Positions 60,113 to 64,000 of a DNA stretch of 64,000 bases are shown here, one piece after another. Where the stretch lies: NCBI GenBank assembly GCA_965208905.1, contig OZ242365.1, positions 1,248,001 through 1,312,000 on the forward strand, read 5' to 3'. Below the pieces are notes generated by a model, which made no database searches, was not told where the DNA came from, and worked only from the letters and a program-made list of their open reading frames with translations. A program made the translations under genes and the position numbers. This DNA comes from Nitrosopumilaceae archaeon (GTDB lineage Archaea > Thermoproteota > Nitrososphaeria > Nitrososphaerales > Nitrosopumilaceae). The stretch's first letter is position 1; every line of letters begins with the position of its first letter.

Positions 60113-61508
60113 ATGTCAGTTAGATATGACGAGGACTCTTTGGGGAAGGTAGAGGTGCCCAGTGAGGCATACTATGGAGCATTCACTGCTAGGGCTTTAA
60201 AACAGTACCAAGTAACAGGCCTATAGGGCTTTAAAACAGTACCAAGTAACAGGCCATGCATCACATCCAGCACTGAGAGACTCGTTTGTCATGATAAAAC
60301 GATCTGCTGCAATAGCAAATATGCGTACCAACTCCTTGGATACTGTAAAGGGGGATGCCATCACTCAAGCATGTGATGATATACTGAATGGCAATCTAAC
60401 TGAGTGGTTTGTTGTAGATATGATAAACTCTGGAGCCGGTACTGCATTTAATATGAATACAAATGAGGTCATTGCAAATGCAGCCCTGCGCATATTGGGC
60501 AAAAACTTAGGTGAGTATCAGCATTTACATCCAAACGATCATGTAAACATGTCTCAGTCAAGCAACGATACATATCCCACCGCTATGCATATGTCAATTT
60601 TGATGGGTGCAAACAAGCTGATACCTGAACTGAATCTACTGATAAGATCCCTACAAAGTAAGGCTGAAGAGTTCAGCAAATTTCGTAAGATAGGACGGAC
60701 TCACCTTATGGATGCATTACCACTTACACTGGGCGATGAGTTTGCAGCATATGTTGTTGCAGTGACCAAGTGTACTAAATTGGTACAATATACAATAAAA
60801 GAGTTGTACCCGGTGGCGCTAGGTGGGACGGCAGTGGGTAGTGGGGCCAATACACCAGATGGTTATCGCAGTATTGTGATATCTGAGTTGGCAAACATAT
60901 CATCATTGCCTCTGGTTATGGAACCCGATATGCGACATGGACTACAGAGTCGGTTTGCCGCAGCCGCATTCTCTGGAGCACTACGGGGCCTGGCAGCTGA
61001 GTTGGGCAAGATATCCAACGATATACGGCTTATGGCATCTGGACCCATGGCAGGCCTCTCGGAGATTGGAATTCCTGCTGTACATGCAGGTTCATCCATA
61101 ATGCCCGGCAAGGTAAACCCGTCACTGGCAGAATGTATGAATATGATATGCTACAATGTTATGGGAAACGATGCATCCGTATCGATGGCTGCAGGCGCCG
61201 GTCAGTTTGAGTTGAATGTAATGCTACCAGGTATGCTAAAGTGCATCTTGGAATCTACAGACATGTTGTATAGGTTTATCCCTGTATTTCGTGCCAATTT
61301 AATAGAGGGCTTGACAGCAAATACTGCGCGATTACAGAGTGATATGCAGCGCAGCCCAGTTATAGTGACTCTTTTGGCACCTAAAATAGGCTACCAAAAA
61401 TCTGCACAATTATACAAAGAGTCTCTGGCTACCGGCAAGACAATACGCGACTTGGTAATATCTTTGAATTTAATGACCGCCGATGAGGTGGATGAGTTAC
61501 TATCCTGA
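60113..61508 (+). pseudogene. Class II fumarase / aspartate ammonia-lyase, frame broken by a 34-nt insertion
   Basis: MSVRYDEDSLGKVEVPSEAYYGAFTARA...; GRTHLMDA, GSSIMPGKVNP; 32-bp duplication at 60190-60221 and 60224-60255 creates TAG. Confidence 0.8.
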
Positions 61509-62770
61509 TGGCTCGCATATACGTTGAAGCTCATGGATGTGCCGCCAGTTATTCGGATTCTGAGATGATATCAGGTATATTGTCTGGAGCGGGTCATACA
61601 CTTACCGGTGATAGGAGTGAATCTGACATAGGCGTGTTGGTCACATGCTCGGTCAAGGATGCGACTGCGAACAAGATGATACATCGAATTAAGACCATGG
61701 GAGATCGACCTTTGGTGGTGGCAGGATGTATGCCCAAAGCAGAACAAAAGACTGTGGAGAAGTTTGCAGACAATGCTAGTTTAATGGGCCCTAACTCTAT
61801 AGGGAGTACTCTTGATGTGGTGAATGATACACTAGTTGGTATACGTCGAGAGGAGCTGAATGTTGATAAATCTGACAAACTTACTCTTCCCAGAGTACGA
61901 ATAAATCAGTCCATATCCATAGTGCAGATAGCAACAGGATGCATGAGCGACTGCTCATTCTGTCAAACTAAATTGGCCAAGGGCGACATATCCAGTCATC
62001 GTATAGGTGATATAGTTAGGCAAGTACGTCATGATGTACAGGATGGCTGTAAAGAGATATGGTTGAGCAGTACAGATAATGGGTGCTACGGATTAGACAT
62101 AGGTACTGACCTGCCTAGCCTGATCAATGCTATAGTGAAGATAGATGGTGATTTTATGATACGTGTGGGAATGATGAACCCAATGTATATGCCTCGTATA
62201 CGGGACTCTTTGTTAAAGTCGTATGAGTCAGAGAAAGTGTACAAATTTTTACACCTACCCGTACAGAGTGGAAGTGATGATACGCTGATGGGAATGCGTC
62301 GTGGCCATACCAGTAAAACCTTTCGTAGTGTAGTTGAACAGTTCCGACGTAAGTTTCCACGCAGTACCATCTCCACAGACATAATAGTGGGATTTCCCAC
62401 AGAGACCGATGAGGATTTTGCTGGCACTGTATCATTAATCAAAGATATGCGTCCAGATATGGTAAATCTGTCTCGGTATGCTGCAAGACCCGGCACCGAA
62501 GCTGCACAGATGACCCAAATCAGTCCGGATATCGTAAAACAGAGGAGTCGCACACTACATGACATTACTAGGAGGCTATCTCTAGAGTCAAACAAACAAT
62601 GGATTGGATGGCAAGGCGAGGTGTTATTCTCGGAGATGTCCTCAGGCGGAGTACGAGGGCGCAACAAAGCGTACAGACCCATACATGTTGATGGAGCAGA
62701 ACTATCTGTATGCCAGAATGTTTTGGTAAATAATGCCACCGAACATGGCTTAGCTGGGATAATTGTATAA
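61508..62770 (+). CDS. tRNA methylthiotransferase (MiaB/MtaB family radical SAM)
   Basis: HGCAAS, TCSVK, AGCMP, GCMSDCSFC, HLPVQSG, DIIVGFPTE. Confidence 0.9.
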   Translation: MARIYVEAHGCAASYSDSEMISGILSGAGHTLTGDRSESDIGVLVTCSVKDATANKMIHRIKTMGDRPLVVAGCMPKAEQKTVEKFADNASLMGPNSIGSTLDVVNDTLVGIRREELNVDKSDKLTLPRVRINQSISIVQIATGCMSDCSFCQTKLAKGDISSHRIGDIVRQVRHDVQDGCKEIWLSSTDNGCYGLDIGTDLPSLINAIVKIDGDFMIRVGMMNPMYMPRIRDSLLKSYESEKVYKFLHLPVQSGSDDTLMGMRRGHTSKTFRSVVEQFRRKFPRSTISTDIIVGFPTETDEDFAGTVSLIKDMRPDMVNLSRYAARPGTEAAQMTQISPDIVKQRSRTLHDITRRLSLESNKQWIGWQGEVLFSEMSSGGVRGRNKAYRPIHVDGAELSVCQNVLVNNATEHGLAGIIV

Positions 62771-62841
62771 AATACACTATTCTCAAAGATCACAAGATGG
62801 ATTGGCATAATAATTATGCCTTCTTAAGCTTCTGTAGGGAA

Positions 62842-64000
62842 TTATGTACAAAAGTACACAGCCTCGGCTGTACACTCATGCCTTTTCTGACGACCTCGTT
62901 GTATAGAACGGAGCATGGCGGGTGTTGGCTTGTAGCCCTTCTTATGCCCCGGCCGTCTAAGGACGACGTTCCCCGCCGCCCGATGCAAAATATTCCAGGC
63001 GGCATTGACATCCGCGTGAAACACTCTGGTACAGTTAGTGCAAATGAATTTGTCGCACGTGATACGCGACTCCGAGTCTACGTGACCACACATATGGCAC
63101 GTCTGGTTTGTATATTTGGCCATCACCCCGCATAGCGGAATTCCCTCCCTCTCGCATCGCTGCGCCAACTTCCGTAGAAACTCACCAAGTCTATTCTCCC
63201 GCATGGAGCGATTCATGTGTCTTTTATAATTCCCGCCATGTGTAGTCATGCCCTGTATAGATAATATCTCGGCTATGATGGCATCCGCGCCTTGTACGAT
63301 ACACGATACGGTCTGATTTATGGTGTTTACGGCGATGCCATCAGCCTTCCTGTATAGTTGCTTTATTTGGTCGTTCAATATGTGCCACTTCCGGCCATGC
63401 CGTACCTTGTGGTCGCGCAGGCTCTTGAGAGCGTCTATCTCCCGCAGGATTTCTCTATGGCGTGTGTTGTGTATTATTACATTGCCGTTTGTATCGACCG
63501 TAACTGCAAGGTGCTTGCCTCCCACATCAACACCCCGTACTATACCCGTATTACGGTGCGGTTTTACCGGTATATGCACTGCAATATGCAATTCAAACAT
63601 GTGGTCTGACGGCTTGGTGTATTTGGTTACCTTCTTGGTGACATCGACTATCTTGAATGACCGCATATCCCATGATACGTCAATGGGCTTGGCGGTCTTT
63701 ACTGTGCCGTATCCGGGGATATGTATGGTATGCTCATCCTTCCGTACAGGCGGTGTAACGGAACTAAGTATAATGCGGCCGTCTTTACGGCGGTATGGCG
63801 CGTGGTTGGAGTTGTCATCCATAACTCTTCTACATGCAACCGAGGCATCCTGTATGGCGCCGCGTCCAAATACCATAGGTAAGTCAGATATCCAATCTGA
63901 CTCTGCGCGCCACTCCGTAAGTTGTTTGTACATGCCGTACTTTAGTTTCCTCTTTGATGGCCCAAAGTCATATACCTGGTAGTCATCTTCCAGTGTAGCT
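62842..64000 (-). CDS. tnpB: TnpB RNA-guided nuclease (IS200/IS605 or IS607 type); 5' end beyond the window
   Basis: RuvC GVDVG, IIAEIL, HADVNAAWNI; Zn ribbon CHMC..CTNC; the frame stays open from 63933 to the window edge. Confidence 0.88.
   Translation of the reverse strand, partial: ATLEDDYQVYDFGPSKRKLKYGMYKQLTEWRAESDWISDLPMVFGRGAIQDASVACRRVMDDNSNHAPYRRKDGRIILSSVTPPVRKDEHTIHIPGYGTVKTAKPIDVSWDMRSFKIVDVTKKVTKYTKPSDHMFELHIAVHIPVKPHRNTGIVRGVDVGGKHLAVTVDTNGNVIIHNTRHREILREIDALKSLRDHKVRHGRKWHILNDQIKQLYRKADGIAVNTINQTVSCIVQGADAIIAEILSIQGMTTHGGNYKRHMNRSMRENRLGEFLRKLAQRCEREGIPLCGVMAKYTNQTCHMCGHVDSESRITCDKFICTNCTRVFHADVNAAWNILHRAAGNVVLRRPGHKKGYKPTPAMLRSIQRGRQKRHECTAEAVYFCT

Overview
Archaeal DNA, most likely from an ammonia-oxidising thaumarchaeon (Nitrosopumilaceae). 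Markers are AOA-type nirK, rpl15e, purP, ESCRT-III/Snf7, NOB1 and TATA boxes about 22-26 nt before leaderless starts. The spondin and choice-of-anchor-R-like surface protein hints at a sponge symbiont (inference). Positions ~37,970-62,800 are mostly ordinary core genes. The main feature is a 34,881-bp element (3085..37965) bounded by perfect 41-bp terminal inverted repeats and an exact 8-bp target-site duplication (GATACGTC). It encodes two diverged copies of an unusual 433-aa transposase (2x SWIM Zn finger, C4 Zn ribbon, HTH, IS6-like DDE core). Inside lie four more left-end copies in direct orientation, plus TIR-less copies of a regularly spaced GGAGTGGAAA module. These sites separate cargo blocks that are often single genes. 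Cargo includes two type III R-M loci, SIR2, HNH-like, HEPN-TPR, DUF3800 with a structured RNA, an MmeI remnant, three paralogous GIY-YIG-like mini-proteins and a host-like DNA block. The layout suggests a DDE-driven, integron-like cassette-collecting defence transposon (inference). Also present: an IS3 splitting a matrixin-cupredoxin gene, a MITE-like inverted repeat, a 34-nt insertion disrupting fumC/aspA, and a TnpB at the window end. All calls are by eye; no database searches were run.
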